Shown here: positions 26,190 to 35,122 of the stretch, piece by piece
How positions within the stretch are numbered: position 1 is the first letter of the stretch
Layout of the letters: each line of letters opens with the position of its first letter
IMG/VR virus record: IMGVR_UViG_3300044724_002210
Span: 1-36,604 of that record
Origin: a virus
Lineage: Duplodnaviria > Caudoviricetes
Length of the DNA stretch: 36,604 bases
Direction: 5' to 3' (one strand)
Made by a program: the position numbers and the translations under genes
The notes under the pieces: model-generated
Databases searched by the model: none
What the model saw: only the letters and a program-made list of their open reading frames with translations
What the model was told of the DNA's origin: nothing

Positions 26190-27113
26190 TTATTGAGCGT
26201 TTAGCATCAATTCTATCAAAACGGCCGCCATGTTGATTTCAGGATCAGCACATAAACTACTCTTGGCCATGCCATTTCGTATAATAATGACTGCCTGGTC
26301 CTGTTGTATTGCTGTAGTACCCCATAGCTCTAAGTTACGATACATAAACTTATATATGTCATCATACTCTTCTGGCCTTGCCTGAGTGCAAATTAATGTT
26401 CTAGCATCTTTATATTGGCCTGCTTTAAACATTTCTATTGCATTAAGCATCCAGTCGCTCTGTGACTGATCGCCTGCTTGTGGCCGCTGTAAGACGTTGT
26501 CTACAACGTTTTGTTGTACCAGGTTAATACTTTTACGCAAGTCAGGATAACTTGCTTGTACGTAGGTGTCTAACGTTTCTAAATCAATCTCTACGCCTTC
26601 CTCAATACATATAGTTGCCAGCCTGGCTGTAAACTCTTGTATGTCTAACTTCTCAATATGGAAGCCTTGACACCTGCTGTGTAGTGCAGGGATAATTCTT
26701 TGTGGATAGTTACATGTTAATATAAATCTACAACTAGTGTGATACATTTCCATAACACCACGCAACGCCGCTTGACCATTGGGAGTAATATAATCTGCCT
26801 CATCTAGTAAGACATATTTAATATCGCCAAACGGCATAGTGGATGAAAAATTTGTAATTTTATTTCTGATAGTGTCAACATTGTTTTCATTACTGGCATT
26901 TATTTCCAGTATATCCATGTTGTCTACATCTAGTTCTATCAGCAATACTTTTGCTAGTGTTGTTTTACCTGTGCCAGGAGCACCACTGAATAGCAAGTGT
27001 GGTAGTGCTCCTTCTTCGACCCAGCCACTTACCTGCTGGCGTTGACCCTCATCTCGAAACACATAGGTACCTATGCTTGAGGGTCTGTATTTTTCTGTCC
27101 AAAGTTCTTTCAA
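26190..27113 (-). CDS. Sliding-clamp loader subunit (T4 gp44 / RFC small subunit-like)
   Basis: WTEKYRP, GAPGTGKT, EINAS, LLDEAD, SRC, PDLRK. Confidence 0.95.
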   Translation of the reverse strand: MKELWTEKYRPSSIGTYVFRDEGQRQQVSGWVEEGALPHLLFSGAPGTGKTTLAKVLLIELDVDNMDILEINASNENNVDTIRNKITNFSSTMPFGDIKYVLLDEADYITPNGQAALRGVMEMYHTSCRFILTCNYPQRIIPALHSRCQGFHIEKLDIQEFTARLATICIEEGVEIDLETLDTYVQASYPDLRKSINLVQQNVVDNVLQRPQAGDQSQSDWMLNAIEMFKAGQYKDARTLICTQARPEEYDDIYKFMYRNLELWGTTAIQQDQAVIIIRNGMAKSSLCADPEINMAAVLIELMLNAQ

Positions 27114-27385
27114 TGTATTACCTTTTTAATATTTTCTTCTTGCTCTTCTTGGAATTTAATTTCTTCTAATTCGTCCCAAGTCTTAAATTGTTGATCGGAT
27201 AAGTCTTTCATTATAACATTAAACTCATCTTTGTCGAGTGTTCGTTGTAATTGTTTTACAGATACTGCTAACATCACACTAGCAACACTAACTGGATCTA
27301 TACCTAATTCCATATAGTCTTCGTATATGTATGATAACGTATCAATCAAATCTTTTAGTTCATCGTCTGTTAAATACTGGCTCAT
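27110..27385 (-). CDS. Hypothetical acidic protein
   Basis: ATGA-coupled on both sides. Confidence 0.75.
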   Translation of the reverse strand: MSQYLTDDELKDLIDTLSYIYEDYMELGIDPVSVASVMLAVSVKQLQRTLDKDEFNVIMKDLSDQQFKTWDELEEIKFQEEQEENIKKVIH

Positions 27386-27546
27386 TTTTTTGTTTGATCC
27401 TTATCTGCATCTAGTTTTTCAAATGTTTTAGAGTACCACTCGTTACTACAATAAGCGTCACAAAATACATGTAAATTATCTGGTGTGTGATATTTTATAC
27501 CGCCAATAAACAACGGTTTATTACATGTACTACATTTATACTTCAC
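27382..27546 (-). CDS. Small zinc-finger protein (TRASH/FCS-like, 54 aa), not in ORF track
   Basis: GTG start overlapping upstream TAG; MKYKCSTCNKPLFIGGIKYHTPDNLHVFCDAYCSNEW...; CxxC-x20-CxxxC. Confidence 0.75.
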   Translation of the reverse strand: MKYKCSTCNKPLFIGGIKYHTPDNLHVFCDAYCSNEWYSKTFEKLDADKDQTKK

Positions 27547-27779
27547 TACGAGCCTATAATCTCAGACTTTGATATGTCTGAGTAGTCACCGCTCTTGTGA
27601 TACTTTCTTGTAATGGTAATAATTTTAATTCCTGCTGGAACATACTCGTAACTTTTAAATTCTTGTTGTAACAGGTTGTCTCTGGGCTGTTCAAAAATTA
27701 AATCATTTGTGTAATCACTTATTACACGATTTCCTTTTGAAGACTTTTTAACTTCTGCTGTAAGTGTTTTTAATGTCAT
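27546..27779 (-). CDS. Hypothetical protein (77 aa)
   Basis: AGGAG RBS and own promoter. Confidence 0.75.
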   Translation of the reverse strand: MTLKTLTAEVKKSSKGNRVISDYTNDLIFEQPRDNLLQQEFKSYEYVPAGIKIITITRKYHKSGDYSDISKSEIIGS

Positions 27780-27805
27780 AATTATATACTCCTAAATATA
27801 ACATT

Positions 27806-27833
27806 ATTATACACTATACAGGATGATTGTCAA
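27806..27833 (-). promoter_or_regulatory. sigma70-type promoter
   Basis: TTGACA-N16-TATAAT. Confidence 0.8.
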
Positions 27834-29166
27834 GTAGTATTTTCATTAACTCGCTTTGACTATCCCACCAAAACTTTTTACTTCTAACTAAGGCATTATT
27901 ATTTAAAATTCTTCTTTTTATATCGCTGTTTATGTCCGGAAAGTTTTTAGCACATTCTAACATTTTATCAATTCGTACAATGTCATCTGGTTCATTGTCA
28001 TAATCATCACTGTAGTAATCCGTAAGCATATCAAACCCTAGTTCTTCCATAATTTTGACAGAGCCCTGTCTACCATTTATAAAAGTAGGTTTATTATATA
28101 AAAATCCCTTTAATGTTTTTTCGTCCCAGTCTCCTACATGAACAGGTTTTAAAGGATTGATAGGCTCTTCAGTTGTTTTACTTGTAACTACTTGTTGTGA
28201 TATATAGATATAAGTTTTTTTCATTAAGTCATGAGGGAAAGCATCATACCACCGACTAATACTCATACTGTGGTCGCCTTTATCTTGGTTTATTCTGTCC
28301 TGATTAAAAGTCTTATTCCAGGGATAGCTCATTTGCCTAGGTGTTTTTCCAAACAAGTCAAAATATTCATCCACATACGACATAAATTCAGTATCAGAAA
28401 GTTGTATGAAGCGATCCATTTCATGCCATTGGCTAAACTTGTTCATACTCCATTCGGTGTCATCTAACATACCTTTATGGTACATTTTTACAATTCCCAT
28501 TCCTCTGTTTGGCCTAAAAACATTGTTTGGACAAAAGTATCTGATAGGGTAGTTAGGGTCACCTTCTAAACCAAACCCATTATATAATTCTGGATCCTCT
28601 TCAAGTGCCGGAAGAATACTTAGTCCACCCAGACAGGAATAATTAGATATAATCTTTTTAAATCCTATGGTATCTAATATATTATCTCTATTCCAGGAAA
28701 GAGTACTGCAATAAAACTGACTGAAATCTTTTCCTGCTAACACTTCTAACTGACCTTCATTATCATCAAAATTGCCAGGGAAAAGTGTTTCATTATTATA
28801 ATCAAATACCACCGCTGTGGGATATTCTGAATTTGGATCTGCAAGTATTTCTAAATCACGCCATACATCAGGATAAAAAGTATCGAACCATCTCCATGTA
28901 GGATAATGCATAGGTACCCATACAACATTTAATTTATCTTTTTTAAGTATATCTTCCTCTATAAGGCCTACGTTATTATAACTAATAGTGGGTGTGATAT
29001 TTACTTCATACTCTATTTCAGGTACCCAGCCAGGATTTATAGGACAAGTATAATCATTAAGTCGTTTGTAAAACTGATATGTATGATCATGTTCAGTTTT
29101 AGCCAGGCCAGGCTCCTGATGATCTTCAGTCATAAAATGCCTGAGGAAAATATGATTAACCTTCAT
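27814..29166 (-). CDS. Hypothetical protein, glycosyltransferase-like C-terminus
   Basis: DEKTLKGFLYNKPTFING...LGFD...YDNEPDDIVRI pattern seen in phage GT-B-like proteins; coupled to sugar dehydrogenase. Confidence 0.5.
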   Translation of the reverse strand: MKVNHIFLRHFMTEDHQEPGLAKTEHDHTYQFYKRLNDYTCPINPGWVPEIEYEVNITPTISYNNVGLIEEDILKKDKLNVVWVPMHYPTWRWFDTFYPDVWRDLEILADPNSEYPTAVVFDYNNETLFPGNFDDNEGQLEVLAGKDFSQFYCSTLSWNRDNILDTIGFKKIISNYSCLGGLSILPALEEDPELYNGFGLEGDPNYPIRYFCPNNVFRPNRGMGIVKMYHKGMLDDTEWSMNKFSQWHEMDRFIQLSDTEFMSYVDEYFDLFGKTPRQMSYPWNKTFNQDRINQDKGDHSMSISRWYDAFPHDLMKKTYIYISQQVVTSKTTEEPINPLKPVHVGDWDEKTLKGFLYNKPTFINGRQGSVKIMEELGFDMLTDYYSDDYDNEPDDIVRIDKMLECAKNFPDINSDIKRRILNNNALVRSKKFWWDSQSELMKILLDNHPV

Positions 29167-29972
29167 TATTTGGTCCTGATTTTGTCATTTTTATCTATTG
29201 CTTTCTTTAATATAGATAGGTCTGACTTTTTAAGTTTGGCATAGTATACCAAGGCCTTAGTGTCTTTAGGAAAACAATGTCCCCCAAAACCTTTTAACCC
29301 ATCTGTGCCTGGAACTTTCATATGAGTGTCACCCATACGTTTATCTTGTGATAACATTTCTGTGAATGATTCCCAAGGAACTTTGGTGCCACTTGCTTCA
29401 AACAGTTCGTGTAGCTCATTAAAAAAACTAACCTTAGTTGCTAACCAACTATTTATAGTGTACTTAATTAAACTTGCTGTAATAATATCTGTTTTAAATG
29501 TAGGAACAGTTTTAACAGAACTATGTTTTACATAAGCCTTTTCAACATTCTCACAATCTTTCCATTTGCCTCCTAATATTTGCATACTAGGATTTAAAAA
29601 GTCTTCAAATGCATTTGCTTCTGTCAGAAACTCTGGATTATAAACAAGTGATAGGTTGTACTTCTTTTTAAATCTGGTTAAATGATCTGGAGTAATAGTA
29701 CTCTTTATTACTACAATGCCTTTATAGGTATATGCTTCTAAATCTTTTAAAACACTATCAACAATCTGTACATCTACATCATAGTGTGTATCTTGTGGAG
29801 GTGTGGGTACACATACGAATACTAGTTTAGGATCAAACTCCATGAGTTGTTCCATAGTATTATCGTTTTGTTTAGGGTCTACTATGAATTGTTCTGTGTC
29901 TACATCAAATCCATTTGATACTGCTGAGCCTACAAAACCATTACCTACAATACCTAACCGTAAAACATTCAT
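29166..29972 (-). CDS. ugd: UDP-glucose/GDP-mannose 6-dehydrogenase family protein (short form)
   Basis: GNGFVG, CVPTP, IKST, NPEFL, KY..N..LA.K.SF.NE, GFGGHCFPKD. Confidence 0.9.
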   Translation of the reverse strand: MNVLRLGIVGNGFVGSAVSNGFDVDTEQFIVDPKQNDNTMEQLMEFDPKLVFVCVPTPPQDTHYDVDVQIVDSVLKDLEAYTYKGIVVIKSTITPDHLTRFKKKYNLSLVYNPEFLTEANAFEDFLNPSMQILGGKWKDCENVEKAYVKHSSVKTVPTFKTDIITASLIKYTINSWLATKVSFFNELHELFEASGTKVPWESFTEMLSQDKRMGDTHMKVPGTDGLKGFGGHCFPKDTKALVYYAKLKKSDLSILKKAIDKNDKIRTK

Positions 29973-30241
29973 TAGTCTACATAAGGAATGTTATCCTTAG
30001 TCCCCGACAACCGTTCTACTGCTCTGTTTTCTTTTTGTTCCTGTAACCATTCTTCCTCACCTGCATAGGTGGGACATTTATTGCTTTGTAATAAACGCTC
30101 ACATTCAAATTTTATTTCGTATATTTTTTGCTTACATGCAAATCCGTTAAATCCGTCAATGCGTGGATCTGTCATTACACCAAACCATTGGTATAATTGT
30201 TCTTTAATTGTTTTCTTTCCTGTGCGTTCTATGTAAGGCAT
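29972..30241 (-). CDS. Hypothetical protein (89 aa)
   Basis: TAATG-coupled on both sides. Confidence 0.75.
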   Translation of the reverse strand: MPYIERTGKKTIKEQLYQWFGVMTDPRIDGFNGFACKQKIYEIKFECERLLQSNKCPTYAGEEEWLQEQKENRAVERLSGTKDNIPYVD

Positions 30242-30408
30242 TATTTTTTAACCAAGCCGTGTTCATGACCTACTGCTGATAGAATACAACATACTGATAG
30301 TATAAGCCACCATGCACTTAGGTCTGTAAATATTACGCCTGATAGAATAATAAGTCCAGTTGCTCCTATAGTTGTTATCCCGGTTTTTTCTCCACTACTT
30401 AACTTCAT
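30241..30408 (-). CDS. Small two-TM membrane protein (55 aa), not in ORF track
   Basis: MKLSSGEKTGITTIGATGLIILSGVIFTDLSAWWLILSVCCILSAVGHEHGLVKK*; ATGA and TAATG overlaps with neighbours. Confidence 0.75.
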   Translation of the reverse strand: MKLSSGEKTGITTIGATGLIILSGVIFTDLSAWWLILSVCCILSAVGHEHGLVKK

Positions 30409-30767
30409 AGTGTCTGCTTCCTTGCAAACTCTATTCCATTTGCTGATTTAATATTTAAAGTGTCTGGCTTTTCGTCAGCAACTGCTAAACAGCCCTTGGG
30501 ATCTAACTTCCATAATTTATCGCCATCGTCTAATCTTTCGTCTGGTATTTTAATGCCTTCAGTCCAACGACCATAGGCTACTAATACCCAATTACCAGGC
30601 TCAAGCCAATCAATATCCGGTCCAACATCAAATACTTTGAACCATCTGGGTACTGTGCCTTCTTCTTTTCCTATTGTGGATTTAATAATAATACCAGCAC
30701 TTGTGGTTTGGTCACCAAAGTCTCCTTCTGTTGCTAGTATATTATCTTTATATGCTCTTATCCTCAT
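30405..30767 (-). CDS. groES: GroES-like co-chaperonin
   Basis: IRAYKDNIL, mobile loop TTSAGIII, KVFDVGP, GNWVLV, CLAV. Confidence 0.8.
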   Translation of the reverse strand: MRIRAYKDNILATEGDFGDQTTSAGIIIKSTIGKEEGTVPRWFKVFDVGPDIDWLEPGNWVLVAYGRWTEGIKIPDERLDDGDKLWKLDPKGCLAVADEKPDTLNIKSANGIEFARKQTL

Positions 30768-31200
30768 CTGCTTCGTCCTCTGTGTAGTAAGGTACCATGT
30801 CTATATCACCATTAGGTAGTTCAACTTCCTTAAATCCTATTGGTTCTGGTTTAACGTTTGGTTCCTCAACTTGTGTGTCTGTGTCTGGCTTGACTTTAGA
30901 AGTTCGTACATTCTCTTTTGCTGTTTTGGCTGTTTTTACTTCTTGCAGATTATCATCTGAGGTAAAATCTGCCTGTGGATGATCTCCTTTAATACTTTGC
31001 TGAGCTGTGCTGGACATAGGATTGTCCTCGTAATATGCTCGTACACGTTCTTCAGCAGGTGTTTCTATTTTTCCTCCTGGGCCTAATACATTGCCGTGAG
31101 CATCTGTACCGGCATTACCGATTGCAGGTCTTTGTCCTTGCTGGGCCAGTAAAGCATCCATGTCTATTATTTGACCTTTATTTGTTTTACGTTGTACCAT
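30748..31200 (-). CDS. Hypothetical protein (150 aa)
   Basis: Intact coupled ORF, low-complexity C-half. Confidence 0.8.
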   Translation of the reverse strand: MVQRKTNKGQIIDMDALLAQQGQRPAIGNAGTDAHGNVLGPGGKIETPAEERVRAYYEDNPMSSTAQQSIKGDHPQADFTSDDNLQEVKTAKTAKENVRTSKVKPDTDTQVEEPNVKPEPIGFKEVELPNGDIDMVPYYTEDEADEDKSI

Positions 31201-31658
31201 TATTTTAAAAACTCCGTTATATCTAATCTATATTTATAACTATCTACCTTGTGTACTCCCAGAATATAGAGTAAATAACTGGCAACACTACTACCTCTGC
31301 CTACTCCCCATACTAAATTATGTTTACGCATTATATCTATAATGTATATCAATAACTGTAGCACAGGGAATAATCCTCGTTCCTTATACATAACTAACTC
31401 CATTTCTACTCTCCCTATCTCGTCGGGACTACGTTGGATGAGTTTATCATGTATATACTTCTCAATATCTAGTTCTCTATAATGTTGTGGGATATTAAAT
31501 TCTTTACTTATTCTGGAGACGTCACTTATACTATTAAGTTCCAGTTCTTTAGCAACTTTGTTGAATGTTTCGATATCCTCAAATGCAACATCAGTGATAT
31601 CCTTACCCCTATAGAGTAATTCAATACCAGTTTGCTCGTCGGCTAGATATTTTTCCAT
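31200..31658 (-). CDS. Truncated DNA polymerase III alpha (DnaE)-like protein
   Basis: RVEMEL...GVGRGSSVASYLLYILGVHKVD..Y.L....FL matches DnaE GxGRGS region; ends before PDID. Confidence 0.85.
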   Translation of the reverse strand: MEKYLADEQTGIELLYRGKDITDVAFEDIETFNKVAKELELNSISDVSRISKEFNIPQHYRELDIEKYIHDKLIQRSPDEIGRVEMELVMYKERGLFPVLQLLIYIIDIMRKHNLVWGVGRGSSVASYLLYILGVHKVDSYKYRLDITEFLK

Positions 31659-31664
31659 AAGTAT

Positions 31665-31693
31665 ATTATACAGGAAATAGTTGTTAAAGTCAA
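31665..31693 (-). promoter_or_regulatory. sigma70-type promoter, leaderless configuration
   Basis: TTGACT-N17-TATAAT-N6-ATG. Confidence 0.85.
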
Positions 31694-31694
31694 C

Positions 31695-32462
31695 CTATTT
31701 GTCTTTTGGAACCAGTCTGGGTTTAAACTTTTTATTTTTAAAGTCTACTTCCATCAGTTGGCCGGTCTCTTTAGTTTCTTGGGTGTCTAAAACTTCTTTA
31801 ATTTCAGTGCCATATATGTCTGCAATAACCTGAGCTTCTATTTGTACTAATGGTTCTTCCATTCTTGCAAGTATATCTTTGTTTACATCTTTATTAAAAA
31901 ACTCTTTGTGTTCTTCTTTGCTGGCCGCAATATTATCAAATGTACTGAAATCTCTTCTGCGCCACCATGGTGATTCCCAAAAACTTAATTCTCCGATCCA
32001 TTCAGCGATTGTGGGTAGTGAATCATATTCATGATCATCAGCATACATACTATAACATATACCGTCAACCTTATCCTTAATACTAACACTTTCTACAAAA
32101 CTGTTCTCATGACAAATAGTATTAAGTTTACAATGTAATGCACTAGCCAAACAGGCATCACTCATATCAGGCAATATTAGAAAATTATTATCATGACTTG
32201 CAAATGATCTTTCCACCAAGTCTTTACTGTCTAAATCGTAAATTATACTCTGATGTAGTTGGTCATATAGGAACGAATTAATAACAGAAAAACTAATGTT
32301 CTGTTGCAGGAAGGCCTGCTTTTGTGTTTGGTTTGCTTGTACCTCAGTTCTTAAACTATACTCTATTTCATATGTACAAGCCTTAACTTGTTTTTTATCT
32401 TCTGCATTATATACCCATAAAGCATGTACTGGTATCATTTTTGTTATTTGTATTATATTCAT
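31695..32462 (-). CDS. Hypothetical protein (255 aa)
   Basis: Intact ORF, ATGA-coupled. Confidence 0.8.
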   Translation of the reverse strand: MNIIQITKMIPVHALWVYNAEDKKQVKACTYEIEYSLRTEVQANQTQKQAFLQQNISFSVINSFLYDQLHQSIIYDLDSKDLVERSFASHDNNFLILPDMSDACLASALHCKLNTICHENSFVESVSIKDKVDGICYSMYADDHEYDSLPTIAEWIGELSFWESPWWRRRDFSTFDNIAASKEEHKEFFNKDVNKDILARMEEPLVQIEAQVIADIYGTEIKEVLDTQETKETGQLMEVDFKNKKFKPRLVPKDK

Positions 32463-32887
32463 TTCTTTGCTCCGAATTTAGGCACATCTAAAGTAAACTC
32501 AGGACTTGGTGCTGGTGTTTGTGTTGTAGTTTGTTGTATAGCAGGAGCGACATTTTGCTCTGGCTGTTTTGTTAAAGTTTTTTTAATTTTTTTCTGTGTG
32601 TAAAAATTACTAAGTGTTGTTAATAAATCTTGCTCTGAATATTCTGGTGTATATACAACCGATTCTATTTCTCCAATATCTAAAATATCTGGAGTCTTAT
32701 CTAATTCTTCTATTTGGTGTGCCATAAGATCTGATTGCCTTTGATTGCATACATTAATCATATCCATAACTTGGTGTCTCATAGGACTATTTTCAGACAT
32801 TTTAAATAACTTTTCATTAAGAGTCTTTATCTCTTCAAAAAGTTTATCTGAATCCATATTTTGGACCTTATCGAAAAAATCAGCCAT
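32459..32887 (-). CDS. Hypothetical protein (142 aa)
   Basis: Intact overlapping ORF. Confidence 0.8.
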   Translation of the reverse strand: MADFFDKVQNMDSDKLFEEIKTLNEKLFKMSENSPMRHQVMDMINVCNQRQSDLMAHQIEELDKTPDILDIGEIESVVYTPEYSEQDLLTTLSNFYTQKKIKKTLTKQPEQNVAPAIQQTTTQTPAPSPEFTLDVPKFGAKK

Positions 32888-33122
32888 TGTTATAATTCAT
32901 TTTAAACATTGCTAAAAATGTTTTTGTTCTAAATCTCACCTCATACATAGTAACTTGAAAATCCTGTGAAGGCCTTAAGCCCAAACTCATGCATACACCA
33001 CTAATACTTTCGTTAAGTTTTCTAGGTGTAGTTTTAGAGTTAATATTAATTGAAAGTTTATAAGAGTTTCCGCTCCAAGACATCCAGTTATCAAAATTTT
33101 CTAGGTTAATGCTCTGATTCAT
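32880..33122 (-). CDS. Hypothetical protein (80 aa)
   Basis: Intact overlapping ORF. Confidence 0.7.
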   Translation of the reverse strand: MNQSINLENFDNWMSWSGNSYKLSININSKTTPRKLNESISGVCMSLGLRPSQDFQVTMYEVRFRTKTFLAMFKMNYNNG

Positions 33123-33960
33123 AATAACTGTCTAATGTTGTTTCGTGTATATGTAAATATTGATTACGTTGTCTAAAAATAATATCTATATCAGGTGCTA
33201 TGCCTTTAATAAAGTTCTCTATAGTATAACTTTGCTCGTTACCCCAAGCTCTACAGTTATAAGCTCGAATTTTATAATTCAATTTATCCCCATAGTTTTG
33301 GTGAACATCTTTATTAAACGTTTCCATTTCTATACCAACACTTATAAAATATGCCGTGGCATCAAATACATCATGTGTATCACAAATTATAGTAGGTATA
33401 TTATTTTGTCCTGATCTTTTATCAAGCATGATCGTAAACCTATTATTTTCACAAACAAGTTTACCATAATTGTTAGATATGTCTTTATACTTAAACCCTA
33501 ACTGTGTGTAATGTTCAATTACATTACTGTTGTGACCATTAATTTTAATACCACTAATATAGTTTAAATACTTTCCTGTTTTAGTTTCTGAGTCTATTAT
33601 TTTATAACTATCATCTAAATTGGAATTATAATGATCTACTTGTTTCTCGGATAATAAGTATGTCTTAATACCTGTGCCGTTGTCTACAACATAAAAATCC
33701 GTAGTGTCATCATATATTGCGTGGATGTCTTCAATATTTTTACCTGTAGCATTGAATCCGATTCCAGATATACATGCTGATCTTCCTGAGTTATCTTTTC
33801 TGAGCAACACTATACATTTTGAAAGGTTCCAAAAACCTGTAACACCACTACAATGTTGTGTCCTGTGAACGAAACCTAATCGCTTGAGATCTGATTCGAC
33901 ATGGTCGGTGTTAGCAACTACTGGATCATAACTGATTTCTATAAAACTAAACTCTGCCAT
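33106..33960 (-). CDS. 4-hydroxyphenylpyruvate dioxygenase (VOC-fold)-like protein, metal ligands apparently lost
   Basis: Likely start MAEFSFIEI (ATG 33960); FSFIEI, LGFVHRTQH, SACISGIGF, IICDTHDV, IIFRQR, YYESEH are colinear with HPPD FEFIEF, MGF....H, SAC.MAF, IAL.TDDI, FFEIIQR, LFESIE. Confidence 0.65.
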   Translation of the reverse strand: MAEFSFIEISYDPVVANTDHVESDLKRLGFVHRTQHCSGVTGFWNLSKCIVLLRKDNSGRSACISGIGFNATGKNIEDIHAIYDDTTDFYVVDNGTGIKTYLLSEKQVDHYNSNLDDSYKIIDSETKTGKYLNYISGIKINGHNSNVIEHYTQLGFKYKDISNNYGKLVCENNRFTIMLDKRSGQNNIPTIICDTHDVFDATAYFISVGIEMETFNKDVHQNYGDKLNYKIRAYNCRAWGNEQSYTIENFIKGIAPDIDIIFRQRNQYLHIHETTLDSYYESEH

Positions 33961-34099
33961 TTTCTTTTTTATCTTGTGTATCTGTTGTTTCGCATCCTCC
34001 ACAACACTCAGGTGTGCCGCAATCCTCATGCTTTACGCCGTCTTTGTCGTAGCCCTGTTCGTCTACTTTCTTTTTGGGTATATAAACTTCTGGTTCCAT
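33947..34099 (-). CDS. Cys-rich 50-aa peptide, not in ORF track
   Basis: AGGAG RBS; MEPEVYIPKKKVDEQGYDKDGVKHEDCGTPECCGGCETTDTQDKKENGRV*. Confidence 0.8.
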   Translation of the reverse strand: MEPEVYIPKKKVDEQGYDKDGVKHEDCGTPECCGGCETTDTQDKKENGRV

Positions 34100-34116
34100 A
34101 TTATCTCCTATACTAA

Positions 34117-34124
34117 TATTTAGC
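34117..34124 (-). promoter_or_regulatory. T4-late-like promoter (variant)
   Basis: GCTAAATA just upstream of RBS. Confidence 0.5.
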
Positions 34125-34149
34125 AGGAGAATTTCAGGATTATAGCAGT

Positions 34150-34740
34150 TTAGGTTCTATTAGATATAATTTCGTCAACTAAGCCAAAATCTAATGCTTC
34201 TTGAGATGTCATGAAGTTATCACGATCCATCGCACTCTCAAACTCTTCATAAGTTTTACCCTTAGTATTGTGTAAAACGTATGCTTCTGTTAGTTCTTTT
34301 TTAATACGCACAATCTCTTTTGCTCGTATTTCAATGTCACTTGCTTGTCCACTTGCACCACCTAATGGTTGGTGTATCATATGCCTAGCACCAGGTAACA
34401 TAAAACGTTTCCCAGGAGCACCACTGTTAGCAAGGAAACTTCCCATACTAGCCGCTTGTCCCATTACAATGGTAGACACATCTGGTTTAATATACTGCAT
34501 TGTGTCATACATTGCCATACCACTTGTTACAGTTCCGCCAGGACTATTAATATAAAAATTAATATCAGCGTCGCTATCCTCTGCTTCTAAGAAAAGAAAC
34601 TGAGCACAAATACTATTTGATACTGCGTCGTTTACTTCTCCATTTAGGAATACGATTCGTTCTTTAAGTAGTCGACTGTATATGTCGTAACTACGTTCGC
34701 CTTGGGCTGTTTTTTCTATTACATATGGTACAAAGTTCAT
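34150..34740 (-). CDS. clpP: ATP-dependent Clp protease proteolytic subunit
   Basis: [19 protein letters not shown], catalytic GQAASMG / MIHQP / RDNFM. Confidence 0.98.
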   Translation of the reverse strand: MNFVPYVIEKTAQGERSYDIYSRLLKERIVFLNGEVNDAVSNSICAQFLFLEAEDSDADINFYINSPGGTVTSGMAMYDTMQYIKPDVSTIVMGQAASMGSFLANSGAPGKRFMLPGARHMIHQPLGGASGQASDIEIRAKEIVRIKKELTEAYVLHNTKGKTYEEFESAMDRDNFMTSQEALDFGLVDEIISNRT

Positions 34741-34744
34741 GTTG

Positions 34745-35116
34745 TTATTTACCTTCGGTTAGTTGTATAATTTTGTTAATAATGGCCTGCATACCTTTCT
34801 GTCTTTGTACTGTTAGGTTTTGTGTGATACTGTGAAAGTCTCCAAAACGTATTGCACTAGGATTAGGTGTCGCAACCTCGGCCACAAGTTTAGCGATGCC
34901 TTTAACCATAAAAGCATCACTATCAGTTTGTATATCCCAAACATCATTTACTTTTTCAGCAGTAACCCATACAGCACTCTGACAACCACTCACATAGTTT
35001 TCGTTTGTTCTGATATTTGTACCGTCGTCCATGTCGCCACCAATTTCCAAAAGAATGTCGTAAAACATCTCCTGGTCATGAGACACAGATTGTAATTGTT
35101 CGAGAAGGTTTGACAT
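34745..35116 (-). CDS. sufE: SufE/CsdE-family sulfur-acceptor protein
   Basis: VSGCQSAVW (acceptor Cys), [15 protein letters not shown]. Confidence 0.9.
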   Translation of the reverse strand: MSNLLEQLQSVSHDQEMFYDILLEIGGDMDDGTNIRTNENYVSGCQSAVWVTAEKVNDVWDIQTDSDAFMVKGIAKLVAEVATPNPSAIRFGDFHSITQNLTVQRQKGMQAIINKIIQLTEGK

Positions 35117-35122
35117 ACTGTT

